Shown one piece after another: positions 35,205 to 48,877 of a stretch of DNA of 64,000 nucleotides; positions within the stretch are counted from its first letter, which is position 1; every line of letters starts with the position of its first letter. The stretch spans positions 310,001 through 374,000 of the forward strand of contig QPMI01000477.1 in the NCBI GenBank assembly GCA_004431415.1. The letters run 5' to 3'. Under the pieces are notes generated by a model that did not search any database, was not told the origin of the DNA, and saw nothing but the letters and a program-made list of their open reading frames with translations. The translations under genes were made by a program, and so were the position numbers. Origin of the DNA: Cyanophora paradoxa CCMP329 (Eukaryota; Plantae; Glaucophyta).

Positions 35205-35926
35205 CTAGACCAGCCTGGCAGCTACAGCAATGTTATCTCCAAGGCTCCCAAACCAGATAGCATCGAAATCATATGCATCAGATAGCAAATGCATCGATAA
35301 GATATCTAAAATCCAACAGAAACGTACGCGGGCAGGCTGGCATTCATCTGCTAATATATCATGGTATACAGAAACGCCGCCTGTATTAACATTACTAAGT
35401 CGCGAGTCAAGATCTAGAGCGCGTATACGAGATCTAGAGGCGCACCGTCGGTCAAGACTTTGACATTCATGCACAGAACGAAATTTAAATGGGCGGCTCG
35501 AACTCAGCCCCGGAACGTGGTGCGCGAATTCTTGCAATTACAATTACCTCCCCCTCTTTGGTCTCCCGGTGTTGCCAAGTTGATCATAATGTTCGATATT
35601 AGGCACGGAGTGCTACGCCAAGGCAGGCTGCTCAGGCGGCGGTTTTGCTTCTTACAGCTGCAAGACTAAAAGTGCTGCTGACGAAAGCAAATGCGCTACG
35701 GAATGCAAGAATATTGGTGGCAAGTCCATCAGAATGCACCCGTTCGGGGAATCAGGTAAAAGATGCTTCGACTTCCATCAGATGGACGTCGACCTACAGG
35801 TCCGTGCGGGCATCGTCCATTGCAATTGGGCCACTTGGCTCGAAACTTGCGCATCCGCGCATGCTCATCGATATCTGCGCAGGTGGTGACCGCCGAGGGA
35901 GAGGAGGTCGAGGCGGAGCTCGACAT
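35205..35926 (-). pseudogene. Possible decayed Helitron RepHel N-terminal region
   Basis: Frame-broken peptides AKWPNCNGRCPH, ATNILAFRSAFAFVS (cf. NIRxYNSAFAFTS) and GVSVYHDI...PARVRFCWILD (cf. GQVYHxI...PxFAQLYIxD) occur in the expected order. Matched by eye only. Confidence 0.35.
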
Positions 35927-36248
35927 GGCCGCCGCGGAAGCGGAGGCCGAGTTGGAGGCCGAGGCCGAGGTTCGTCCGGCCCGCCCCGACGGCTTCGAAA
36001 TTCGATTCTGCCCAATGCGCATGCGCATTATACGTATACTAGGATATATATATATATATATATATTGCCGCCGATCGCGTCGACGTCTCCCTTAAATTTG
36101 CCGAATTAACTCGTGGAGTCCATGCGCCGCAGATGCTCGTCGGCGCCGGCGCCAACGGCTCCGAGTTCGCGATCGGCGCCTGTGCATGCGCGGATGCTTA
36201 AGGGACGTCGTACCGCGATCGTGATATCGATTGCCGTTTCTGCGCACG

Positions 36249-36593
36249 CTAGCTATAGCCTAGTAGCGCTATAGCGCGGAGTGTGTTACATAGCTTGGAA
36301 TGATGGAGATGATTACGTCTCTCATGACGTACGTGTACTGTGAGAATTAAATACAAATCTCGAAGACATGTTCCCATATCGATCGCGAGGCTGTAGATCC
36401 ATGCATGATCAGCCATATGCATCTTTATGGGGTTCAACGGTCGTGCGAACGAATTCGAAAGCTTAAGGGGGCTGCACGCAAGCTTAAGCTTGAATATCAA
36501 CATATTTTTGGGGCGTGAAGCCAATGAACACTGTTTAATTTGCAAGTGCAGTTGGTTCGAATTCAGGGCCGGGATGTCGGCCGCTATATCCAA
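36249..36593 (-). pseudogene. Possible decayed hAT-like transposase fragment
   Basis: AWIYSLAIDMGTCLRDLYLILTVHVR resembles the first-Asp strand (WxFSLAxDxST...SYxDxRxR) of protist hAT-like transposases. Lies in lower-GC, intronless context. Confidence 0.35.
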
Positions 36594-37375
36594 ATTAAAC
36601 GTTAACTATCCATTTGTACGTATACTTTAAATTTTATAGCCGGCAAATTAAAGTCCTCAGCTGCAGGTCAGAAGTCGACGTCGCCCCAGTATACGTACTA
36701 GTTAACGTTCGACCCTGCCAGAAAACGACCGAGTGCTAGCTATAGTGGGGATTTGCTTACATTTCATGATCAATGTGCATGAGTGAAGCGGAGCAACATC
36801 GAACGCCCCCCCTTCCGCCGCGCCTCCCTTTTTTTGAATTCTCCGCAGTTTATTACGGGACATACGCCTGCAGCTGGTACACGTGCACGAAAACATCGTT
36901 TTCTGTCTACACTAGCGCCCCCCCCCCCCCCCCCGCCCCCCCCCCCCCCCCCCCTGCCCAGCCCAGCATGAGTGGAGCAGCCTTCCGTTCGTGCTCCATA
37001 TAAATATTGAGAAACAGAAGATCAAAATCGAAAGCGATTAAATGAATTATATATAGAGCCTGAAAATACTGAATAATCCATAAAAGTGCAAGCTGCAGCC
37101 TCGACGGGTAGACGAGTATACATAGATCTGTCTCCGTGGGAATGGAAGGGCTACTCTGATAGGAAATGCATAAGCGCAACAAAAAAATGCAGAAGAGCTG
37201 CACACGTAAACTATGCAAAACAAGTTAAAAAGGAAAAAGAAAGTCTCGAGCTCGCTATCGTCCATATGCATGCACGATTTCGAATACGACGCGACGATCT
37301 CAAGCACGCGGCGCCTAACGATCCGACCTATAGCTAGCACTTAGCGATGAAAGGCAGCAGCACCATGCACTAGTA

Positions 37376-40300
37376 CTACTGGGCGGCTGGGTGGACGCGG
37401 GTGTCCCCCGCCCGGGGCGAGTCGGAGCGGCGGCGGCGGGGGCTAACTCCGCCCTCCGCGAGGGCGTCCAGCGAGGAGGAGGCGAGGGCGGAGATGCCGC
37501 GCGGCCCCGCGGTGCCGGCCAGCTGCTTCGCCTGCGCCAGCAGCGCCCGCGCCTTGCCGGCCGCCCGCTGCCCCCCGCAGCGCCTCGTGCCGCCCCTGCG
37601 CGCGCGCGTCAGCGACGGCCGCGGGTGCGGGTGCGGGTACACGGTCGGATGTGCGGGGGTACACGTACCCCGAAGAAGGCGGCGGGGGCGCGGAAGAGGG
37701 CGAAGGGGGCCGCGCTGCGGCGCAGGGCGGCCACGACGTCACCCAGGGCCCCCTCGAGGGGCGACGCGGCGCGGCCCCGCGGAGCCTCGAGGAGCTCGAG
37801 GAGGGCGGCTCCTAGGAGGCAGAGGGCCTGGAGCTGTAGGGGCAGGGCCCAGGGGAGGGCCCCGCCGGAGACGGGGAGCTCGCGGTGCGCGCGGAGGGCG
37901 GCGGCGGCGCGGAGGGCCTCCGCCTCCGCCTCGGCGCGCTCGCCGCGGGCGAGGAAGAGGCGGGAGAGGCCGGCGGACACGGCGAGCGTCCGAGCCACGA
38001 AGCGGCCGCCGGCGCCGGGGCCCGCCTCGCCCGAGGCCTCCAGCAAGAGATACTCCACCTCCGGCGAGCTGCGGGGGAGGCTCGAATTCGAGGCAAACAG
38101 GGCGATGCAGAGCGCGGGGCGGGGCGGGGGCGGAGCGGGGCGGGGGCGGGGGCAGCTTGATCTTGGAGCGCACAGGGCGCCGGCCAGTGGATAGACAGGC
38201 TTAGGCGGCTTAGGCGTGGCGGTGGAGTTGAGGCTAGGCTGTACCCGGCACGCGTGATTTTGCGTGCACTCGGTGTTCTTATCAACTTTAGACCGTTCCG
38301 GGCGGCTGGCGCATGCAGGTACGCGGCCTAAGCCACCTAAGGCTATCTTATCTCTCCACGGGGCGGGGGCGGGTGGGGGGGAGGCTCCAGCGCACAAGTC
38401 GCCGGCCCAGAGGCGGTTCGAGGCGGCGCCGATGAGCGCGTGCATCCTGCGCGCGGCGCGGAGTCGGTCAATAGATAAAACGCAGTCGGAGTCGGAGAGG
38501 GGCGGGAGGCCTAGGGGCCCGATTCGACAGGCGCCGGAAACGGCAACAGAGGCGCGCGCGCGCGAGCGAGCGCACAGGCCGATGCCGTTGCCGAAGCGGC
38601 GGGCGTCGCTGACGGCCGCGGCGTACGCTTTGCCGGCCGCGCCGTAGTCTCCCGCGACGTGCAGCGCGTACGCCCGCAGCACCGCGACCTGGCGCGATCG
38701 CGAGGGTCAGAGCCCGGGATTCAGACTGAGGATGTCCACGGCCAGGATCCAGGATCCAGGGCGTTCAACGTCTAAAATTAAACGTTCAACGTCTCTGACC
38801 TCGAGCAGGCGGGAGCTCCCCAGCGCCTTGAGCTGCGGGGCATCGGATTCATCCAGCGTCAGAACCGAAATGAACACGAAGAAGCGCAGCAGCGGAAACA
38901 AGCGCTAGCGCTGCCAGGCTGGTGGGGAGGGAGGACAGACGGCGGGGAAGGCGGCGGCGGGGGGATGGTCTAAGGTCGCTTGGGTGTCGCTAAGGTGGCT
39001 ACGGTGGCTTGATAAGAACACCGAGTCAAGCAAGGCACGCGTGCCGGGCACAGCCTGGCCTCCACTCTAGGTCTACCGCCGCACGGAGGGGAGCACGGAC
39101 GGCGGGGAGGCCGGTGCGTTATAAAAGTATAGAAGTGAGGTTTATTATCTCTCAGAGCGGAGGCCTAGGGGACGCACGGCGGGGAGGGCGGCGGCGGCGA
39201 CGCGCTCAGCGGAGCGGGCGCGCCCCTCGAGGAGCTCCGCGATCGCCAGCTCGGTCGTCACGCCCGAGGGCGCGAGGGCCGCCCCGGGGCCCCCCGCCGC
39301 CGCCTGCGCGCGTGCGTGCACGTGCGCCGAGGGCGAGGGCCCGGGGTGAGATAGATAGACAGCTCGACAGGCAGGCAGGCTGGTGGACAGCTAGATAGAT
39401 AGAGAAGTAGGTAGGCGGGAGCGGCGCCGGACCGGACGAGAGGGGGGCGTGCGGCGCCGGACCGGACGATAGATAGATAGATAGAGTCGTGCGGCGCCGG
39501 ACCGGACGAGAGGGGGGGGGGGGGGGGCTCGCCTGGAGGGCCTGGCTCCGCTCCAGCCACGCCCGCGCGATGCCCCGCGGCAGGCCCGTCGACTGCGGCG
39601 CGATATATGAGCGCGAGACCGAGCGAGCGAGCGAGCGCGGCTTCTCTTAGTTAAACAATTTGATCGGCGAGTTAAACAACTTCTCTTAGTTAAACAGTTA
39701 AACCTTTCTCTTAGTCTCTTAGTTAGTTAGATTTTATTTGGTCGTGTTGTGTGGCGCGCGGGGCGCACGGCGAGGAGGCCGGCGGTTCGGCTTCTCGGCT
39801 TCTCTTAGTTGAACAATTTATGATCAAATTGTTCAACTAAGAGAAGCCGCGTTCGCTCGGTCGCGCTTATATATCGATTTAATGAGCGCGAGACCGAGCG
39901 AACGCGGCCTCCCTCGAAAAAATTTGGTCTTCCTTAGCGCGGCCTTCTTCCTTAGTTAAAAAATTTGGTCTTCGGGCCTTCCTCGATTTAATTTGGTCGC
40001 GCGTGTGGCGCGCGGGACCGTCGGACGCACAGCGAGGAGGCCGGCGGTTCGGGCGCAGGCCTCGGCGTGGGCGGCGCTGCCCGGCGCCCGCGCCGCCAGC
40101 CGCTGCTGCAGAAGCACTGCGCGCCCAAGCTTAAGTCAGCGTACGGGGCGGGGCGGGGGCGGGGCGGGGCGGGGCGGAGAAGGGGGAGGGGGCGCGCGGT
40201 ATTTGGCGGCGTGGAGGGCGTCTCCCGCCAGCATCAGAAGCTGCGAGTAGACCGGCACTGGACGAGGAAGGAAGAAAGAGCGAACTCAGGCGAGATCAAA

Positions 40301-43300
40301 TCAAGGAAAAGGACAAAGCGGGGCGGCGAGGGCCGACGGCGGCTCACGGAGGCCGACGAAAAGGGGGGGGAAAGGCGGCGGCTCAAAGGACAAAGCGGGG
40401 GGACAAAGGACAAAGGCGTACAGAGTCCGACGAGGACGGCACCGCGGCGCTGCTCGGCGAGCCCCGGCGTGAAGCGGCCGCTCCAGGGGCGCCGCCGCCG
40501 CCCCGCCGCCGCCGCCCCGCCGCCTCCTCCAGCGGGCCCCGATCCTCCTCCCCGACCCCCTTCCGCTCCGCGCTCCTGGCCGAAGATCAAATCAACGTCG
40601 AAGCTTTAAGAAAGAGAAGGAAGGAAGGAGAGGGGGCGGCGGGCGGACGGGGCGCGCGGGGGCCCGGCGACGACGCGGGCGGCGAGGCGGGCGGCCAGCG
40701 CGAGGGAGTCGCGCCAGCCGCCGCCGGCCCGGCCACGGGGCACCCCAGCAGGCCCAGGCACGCCTCGCAGTCCTTCGCAGTTGTTTAGGACGAGACGAAG
40801 AAGAAGAAGAGAGAGGGGGGGGGAGGGGGTACACGCGCGCCTCCCAGGCCTCGTCGAGGCGTCCTAGGAGCAGGAGCGCGCGCGCCGCGATCTCGTGCCG
40901 CCGGGCGCGGAAGAGCGGGTCCCTCTGCAGCGCCTGCAGCGCCGGGGAGGACTCCTCGGGCGCGGGCGCCGGCCGCCGCGGGCGCAGGCGCGGGCCGGGC
41001 GGTCGGTCGGCGGCGGCTCCGGGGCGGCCGCCGGCGCCGCGGGGGCCGCGAGGGCGCGCCGGGCGTGCGTCAGCGCCTCGAGGTACGCGCCTGCGGGGGC
41101 GGGGCGGCGTCAGAGTCAGAGGCGCCGGGCGGACGGCCGCCGGGCGGGTGGCCCAGAAAGAGCTAGCTCAGCCATTCTTTATGAAGCCTCCTTTATCGAG
41201 GGGGCCTCGCGAGCGCCGAGGGCGGGGAGGGCGGCAAGGTCAAGCCTTCCTTCTAAATCGCTGCAAGGCCATATATCTAGATAGATATCGCGCGGGCGGC
41301 CGGCTCGTTGCAGGGCAGCATGGAGAGCGGAGCGGACCGGCGGCGAGGGCGTCGAGGGCGGCGAGGTCGAGGTAGGGGAGGGCGAGCTCGGGCGCCCCCG
41401 CCCCGAAGTAGTGCGACGCGATCTGCGGGGGAGGGTGAGGAGGGGGGGAGGGAGGGGAGGAGGGTGAGAGGAGGGGCGGCGCTGTCGCTGTGGGGTCGCT
41501 GTGCGAGCGGGCGGGGCGGGGGCGTCTCCAAGGAGGTGGGGGAGGAGGACGGGGGGGGGGGAGGGGAGGATGGGGGGGGGAGGGGGGGGAGGGGGGGGGG
41601 GGCGCGACGCGACGCGACGCGTCTTCGAATTCGGAGATTCTAAATGAGATGTGAAGAGGCCTAAATCGAGCGGGCGGGGCGGGGCCGGGGGCGGGGCGGG
41701 GCGGGGGGAGGAGGGACGTGCCCTGTACGCGACGTTGAGGTGGCAGAGGGCCCCCGTCCCCTCCAAGTACCTGCCCGCTCAGGTGAGGCGGAAGGGGGGG
41801 GGGAAGAGGGGGGGGGGGAAGGGGCGGACTTGGCGCAGCGCCAGTGCACGAACATCAGGTCGTCCTGGCTCAGCAGCTGCGCGCGCGTGAGCGAGCAAGA
41901 AAGCACGAACGTCGGGCGCGGTCGAGAGCAAGCAAGCGTGCAAGCGTGTGAGCATGTGTGAATTGTCTAACTCGGCTCTTTTCTTGGCGAGCGGGCGGGC
42001 GCAGACGCGAAGGGGGCACGGGTCGGACCCGCTGGGCGGTGCACGGGGCGCAGAGTCTTATTATCGATCGTTAGCCGCGCGCGTGCTTTTAAAGTCTTAT
42101 TATATTAAAGACTTAGTGTAAAGTCTTCTTCTTGGCTCTTATTCTCAGCTCTCGCGGACCCGCTGGACGGTGGCGTAGACGGCGGACTGGGCGAAGCGGA
42201 ACTCGAAGACCGCGTGGCGCGCCGCCGCCCGCACCAGGAGGCCCTCGACCTCCTGCGCGAGGGGGAGGAGGATGAGCGAGGGAGAGGGGGGCCGGGGCGG
42301 GGGCGGGGCCGGGCCGGGGCTGGCGGGGCGGGGCGGGGCGGGCGGGGCGGGGAGGGCGGACGAGGTGGTGGAGGGCGGCGGCGTCGGCACGGGGGCGCGC
42401 ACGCGCTCTGCTTAAATAAAGACTCTAGAAGCCCTGCAATAAATTGGCCCTAAGCATAATAATACTGATGACGGACGAGGTGGTGGAGGGCGGCGTCGCC
42501 ACGGGGGCGCGGACCCGGGACGCCCTCCGCTTAAGCCCTAGCTCTATAGCTCTCCTCTAAGCTCTATGTAGAAGCTCTACGATTCGATCCAAGCGTATAT
42601 ATAATAATGACGGACGAGGTGGTGGAGGGCGGCGGCGACGTGCGGGGCGCGGACGAGGCCGTCCAGGGCGAAGAGGGCCATTCCGAGCTCCCAGCGGGGG
42701 CCCAGCGCCGCGCACAGCTTCAGGACGAGCGCTGCCGGGTGGGGGAGGGAGGGGGGGGAGGGGGCGGGGCGCGTCAGGGGGCGCGCTCTGCTTGGGGGCG
42801 CGGGGGGCGGGCGGGCGGGCGGGCGTGCGTTGCCGTCTTCTAGCACAGATCCTTTCTTTCGTCATATAATGGGGCGCTTTCTATATAATTGGGCGCTGGG
42901 CGTAGATTTAGGCGCTGGTTTTATATCCTCTGTTTTGGGGCGCTGGTCTCAGACAGACAGGGCGGGGGCCGGGTGCGGGCGGACCGGGGCGGCCGGGGAG
43001 GCGGTCGAGGCGGGCGAGGACGAGGCGCTCGAGCGAGTCCGGCGTCGGCACCGAGGCCACCTGCCGCGCGGGGAAGGGAGAGGTCCGGGTCGGGGCGAGG
43101 CGGGGCGGGGCGGGGCGGGGCGGGGCGGGGCGGGGCGGGGCGGGGCGGGGCCGCGAATCATACGAAGGTCTGGGGGCGAGGGCAGGGCCCCGCACCCCCG
43201 GCCCACCGCCGAAGACCTCCCTGGCCCCATATTTAGACCTCCTTGTCCTAGGAAGACCCGTTGAAGCCCGGCACGCCTGAGCTTCACGGCCCGGGCCGAC

Positions 43301-46300
43301 TACGCCGGGGACCGGCGTCCGCAGAAGACGGCGCAGAAGACCGCCCCAGCCCTATATTTAGACCCTAGCTTCACGCCCGGGCCGTGGAGCCGGGGACCGG
43401 CGTCCCTATGGGCCCAGGCCCAGGCCTAGGCCCCTGGACCGGCGACCCCCCCCCCCCCCCCCCCCCCCCTCCCCCCCGCACCTCTTCGGGAGAGGCGGCG
43501 CAGCAGCCGGCGACGACGCGGACGGCCCCGCGCTGCACCAGCTCCCGCAGCGTCTCGTGGAGCCCGAAGGGGTGGCCCCCCGACCGCTCGTACAGGTCCT
43601 GCCGCAGCGATCGGAGGCGGGCCTTACAGAGGCCTTGGCTGGCGGGGGCGGGGGCGGACGGCGGCGAGCCATCTATCTAATCTAGAATTGTGTAATTGGC
43701 TCTATAAGAAGCTATGTATAAGAAGCAGCTCGAGCTCTGGGCGGGGGCGGGGCGGGGGCGGGGCGGGGGCGGACGGCGGCGAGCCACTCGGGGATGGAGT
43801 CGACGCCGAGCACGTGTGCCGCGAAGGGCCCCACCGCCTCTGAGGCGAGGAGGGGCGAGTTCGAAGAAGAACGCGATATCGAGCGAGAAGGGATATCGAT
43901 GGGCGGGCGGGCGGGCGGACCGGGGGCGAGGCTGGTGAGGGCGACGCGGCGGGTGGCGGGGGCGTCCCGAAGCTGCTGGATCTCGCTGCAGAGGGCGTGC
44001 TCCGGGACCTGGAAAAGATTCGCATTAGCAACAACAACTACTAGGAGTTTCACATCGCCCAATTTATGCGTGCTCGGGCACCTGCGGGGCGGGGCGGGGC
44101 GTAGAGCGGCGCGGCGGGGTGAGGCGGAGCAGGGTAGGGTGGGGGGCGGGGCGGGGTGAGGTGGGGATCTAGGGGCGAGGAGGCAGCAGCGCGATTTAGG
44201 GAGGCCAGCGATCTAGAGAATCGAGGATCCGGGGTCCAGGATGCAGGATACAGGATGCAGGTTAGGGCCTGGCCTGGCGTGGCGTGGCGTGGCGGACATG
44301 CAGCGGGGCCCAGGCCCGGCCCGGCCGGGGCGGGGAGGCCGCCGGCCGGCGGGGAGGTCTTCTCACTCGCGCCTTGCTGCTGCTTCTGCTGGGCGGCGTG
44401 CGGGGGCCACGGACGGGGGGGTGGACCTCGCGGAGGGCGAGGAGGAGGGATGCACGCGGAGAGATAGATAGATAGCCTAAGGTGGCGTAGGTGTGGCTTA
44501 GGTGGCCTAAGGTGCTTGCACTGGGTGTCCTTTATCTATCTATCAACTCTAACCGTCCCGGGCGGCCACACGTACGCCTAAGCCGCCTCGGGCTATCTAT
44601 CTCTCAGCGGACCTCGCGGAGGGTGAGGAGGAGGGATGCGCCGGGGGCGGCCGAGGCGCGGAGGAGCACGCGCGCCGTCGCCGAGTCCAGTGCGTGCGCG
44701 TCGTCCACCTGCGAGCGAAGCGGGGGCCGGGCGGGCGGGTGTCATAGATATGGGGAGCACGGGGCCCGGGGTCCGTACGACGACAAGCGCTAAATATTAT
44801 ATATCTCAAGCTCGTTGTTAAACCGTTGAACTGGTTTCTCAGCGGGAGCGGGAGCGGGGCGGGGGCGGGCGGACGAGGATGAGGAGGCGGAGGCGGGCGA
44901 AGAGGGCCTCCACGAGCTCCACGAGGAATGCGCCGGCGCTGAGCTCGTCCCCGCCCGCCCCCTCCTCCTCCAGCGGCTCGCTCATCACGCTCTGAGCGAG
45001 GGGCGGGAGTGAGGCGAGGAGTGGGAAGGAAGGATGGATGGATGGATGGGGGCGAGGAGAGGCGAGGGGGTAGGCGGGTCGGCGAATAGATAGACGAGAG
45101 CATGGCAAGCTTGATATATAAGTACGACTGGAGCGGGGGCCGGGGGCAGGCGCACGAAGATCTCGTCGTGGGTGAGGAGAGAGTCAACTGAGCCGCGGGC
45201 CGAGGCGAGCTCCGCCCGCCGCCGCCCGGGGATGCTGCGGCGCCGGCGCCGTCACGTCGAATTCCCGCCACGATAGACAGGAGAGCGGGCCGCGGGGCGC
45301 TAGAGACGAGGCCGGGGAGATCTAGAGCGCCCAAGTGCTAATATCAATCACGCCACACGGGAGCGAGCCGGTTTTAATTACAAGAGGCCCTCCGGAATTC
45401 GAAGCTAAGCTAAGAATAGAATATATATTCGCACCTGGAGAGGGACTCGCCGAGGAGGCGCTCGAGGAGGGCGCAGCGCTCCGGCGTCGCGAGGGCCGGC
45501 CCCAGAGCCGACAGGAACTCGGCGCACTCCGCCGCCACCGCCGACTCGCGCGCCGCCGCGCCGGCGCCCACATGCATCACCGTCGCCCGCCGCGGCTCGC
45601 TGCAAGCCGGGGTCATGATCAAGCTTAAGAAGAGGAAGTGCAGACGCGGATCGGACCTGAGGGGTGTCCTGGGGGGGTCCACGGTGTCCGCCGAGCCAGG
45701 GCGCCCCGGTCCCCCGAAGCCCCCGCCGCCGGCGTTCAGGCGCTCCAGCAGACCGACGGCAAAGACCCCGCCGGCCGAGACCGAACCGGAGACCGAGCCA
45801 GAGGCAGAGGCGGAGCCGCCCGTGTCCCGGCGCCCGAAACCGGATGCCGAGGCGGCGGCGGCTGCGGCGGCCTCGGCCGGCCGCACGGAGCTGCGGTCGA
45901 GCTCGCCGCCGCTGCGGTCGGCGGACGCGATGTCCTGCAGCGAGCGCGTCCGCGCCCGCGCCAGCGCCCGCATCCTCGGGTCCATCAGCTGCGCAGGGAC
46001 AGCCTTCGATTCAGGTTCAGGAAGCAAGCGACTTCCCTTCGGGGCGGGGCGGGCGCACGGGGGCCGGGGCCGGGGCGCCGGCCGGCCCCTGCTGCTGGCC
46101 CATGGCCTGTAGGCTCTGCGAGGAGGCGGCGCGGAGGGCGGCGGCGAGGGGCCGCGGGGCTGTCGAGCCTGCGTGCGAGCGGTCGCGGTCCGGCGAGCGC
46201 GAGCCGACGGTGGACCCGGACTTGGTGATTGCCGCCCGCAGCGCCTCCCGCAGCGGGTGGAAGGGCCTGCGCCCGCGCGGCAATCATCAAATGAGAGGCG

Positions 46301-48833
46301 GCGGCTCAGCGGCGGCGCGGGCCGACTTCGTTCGCACCGGGCGGTGTCCCCGAACTCGGGCTCGAGCACCAGAACGGGGACCCCGCTGCGACGCCGGCGC
46401 GAGGCCGGGCGGGCCGGGCCAGGATCAGCGCATGCATATGGCGTGCGAGGTCGAGCAGAGCGGGGCAGAGCGGTGCGATACGCTCTAAATACGCGATAAT
46501 TGTAGGTAGATTCTCAGGGAGGGCCGCCGCGGACCAGGTCTCGGCGAGATAGATTATGCGCTCTAAGTGCGCTCTTAGGGAGGGCCGACGCTGACCTCGA
46601 CGTTTCTAACCGATGGCTAAAGAATAGATAGGCGATAAGGTGGCTAGATAAACGATGCGCTCTAAGCACGCTCTTAGTACGATACGATACGCTCTTGGGG
46701 AGTGCCGGCGCTGGCGTTTTTAACCGATGTCATAAATTCGGTTAAGAGCGGGGATGCGGACCAGGTCTCGGCGAGGCGGAGGGCCTCGGCGCAGGCGCGG
46801 GAGCGGCCGGTGCCGCCGTCGCCCTCCAGAACGAGGACGCCCCCGCCGGGGCCGGCGCGCGCCCCCGCCAGGAACCGCACCAGCTGCTCCGTCGCCTCCG
46901 GGCGGCCCTCCAGCAGCCGCCCCTCCTCCTGCGCCTGAGGCGGGGCTTGTTGGGGTGGGGGGAACGGGGAGAACGAGGGGGGCCCCGCACCGCCTCCTCC
47001 AGCTGCTGACGGATGGCGGCGGCGGCGGCGGCGCCGGCCTCGGCGCCGGCGGGCGCGGCGGCAGTCCATGCGGGCCCCGAACGGCCGGACGGGCGGCGGC
47101 GGCGGCAGCAGCGGCGGCGGCGGCGCCGCCAGCCGGCTCCGGCCCCTGGCCCAAGGCCTCGACCGGGTCGAGCTCGACGGGCCCGCGCGTGTCGGGATCG
47201 GCGGCGGCGGCGGCGCGCGACGCTAGGTACGCGCCGTGCGACGCGCTCCGCCGCAGCTGCAGCTTCGTCATGCTCTCCCGCAGCCTGCGAGCGAAGCCCG
47301 CCGGTGAGGGAGTACCCCCGCTTGGGGCCGGGGCGCGTGTACGTACCCCTGGACGGCGGAGGGTATGGCGGCGAGGCGGTCCTCGCGGCGGCCGAGGAGG
47401 CGGTAGGGCACCGTGGGGCCCGGCGTCCCCTGCGAGCGGGCGGGCGGGCGATCGTGAGCGTGAGCGGGCGCCGCGGAATGTAAGAGAATGGCGAGCGGGG
47501 CTCGCGATCTTCAGCTATCGCATAGGATTCGCCTATCCTATGCACGATCGGTAGGTAGCGCTGTAGATCTGTCGATCTATCCATTTATCCGGACCCTTCT
47601 TCAGGTATCTTAGCCTCTGCTATCTTCGCCTATCTTCTCATTTAGTCTGGGCCCGGGGCCGGCACCTTGAGCGTGACGGGGGCGAGCTGCTCGACGGCGA
47701 AGCGGGGCCCGAGGGCGCCCCGCGTCGCCCCGTCCACGAGGACCGCCCCGCCGGCCACGCCCATCAGGCGAGAGGCGAGGTTGACCGCCCGCCCCAGCAC
47801 TGCTCGAGCGGGCGGATCAGAGTTAGAGGCAGCTCTTGCGCCTTCGCGCCGCTGTCTCGCAGCGCTAAGGTCTGTCGCTCTTTCCTCGAGACGAAGCTTT
47901 AATGTTTCCTACAACCTCTTTCCTAGAGACGGAGCCGCAGGACTTTCCCCGCCCCAGCACTGCCCGTTCGAGCGGGCGGGAGGGCGCACCCGAGTCGACG
48001 TCAGAGGCGGCTAACTATAAACCGGCGGCTCTCAGTCTCCTTCTAGAAGCTCTGCCTTTGATTCTCTTAGAAGCGCTTTCCTAGAAACCTAGACCTTCGA
48101 AGCCCTTTCCTAGAGATGAAGCCTAGATCCAGAGTCTTTCGCGCCGTTGTACTCGTAGCGCTAAGTTCTGTCGCTCTTTAAATTCCCTAGAGGCGAAGCT
48201 TGAATTCGATGTTTCCTACAACCTCTCTTCTGGAGACGAAGCCGCGAGACTCGAGCTATAAATTTGAATTTCGCACCGTTGTACTCGCAGCGCTGGGCGT
48301 CGCCGACGATGCCGCAGAAGACGCGGCCGGTGGTCACGCCGATGGAGACCGGGCCGAGCCGCCGCGCCGCGAACTGGGGAGGGGCCAGGCGAGGCGAGGC
48401 GGCGTCGACGTCAGCGGATCGGAGGGCGCTGGAATCCGGAGGCGGGGCGCGCGCGGCCTTCAACGGTACACATAGCCTTCATTTTCAACGGCATAGCCAG
48501 CGGCAGCTGTCTTAAGTAGGGGGAACCTTCAGATGGGCGTCGTCCTTAAGATGGGAGTCGTCCTTAAGATGGGCGCCGCGCGGGCCGCACCTCGTCGCGG
48601 ATGCGGAGGGCGGCCGTGCAGGCGCGCTCGGGGTCGTCGTGGCCGGCCGTCCCGAGGGCGCCCCACGTGATCAGGCAGCACAGGCCCTTGTCGTCGCTGC
48701 GGTCGCGAAGTAAATTTAGTTTAGCTAGGGCGAAGCTCGATGGCGGGTGACGGAGGCAAGCGCGGGGCCGCCGGGCGGACCAGAAGCAGGAGCGGAGGAC
48801 TCCGGAGGCGAGGGCGGCCGACGTCTGCGGGGG

Positions 48834-48877
<44 letters not shown>

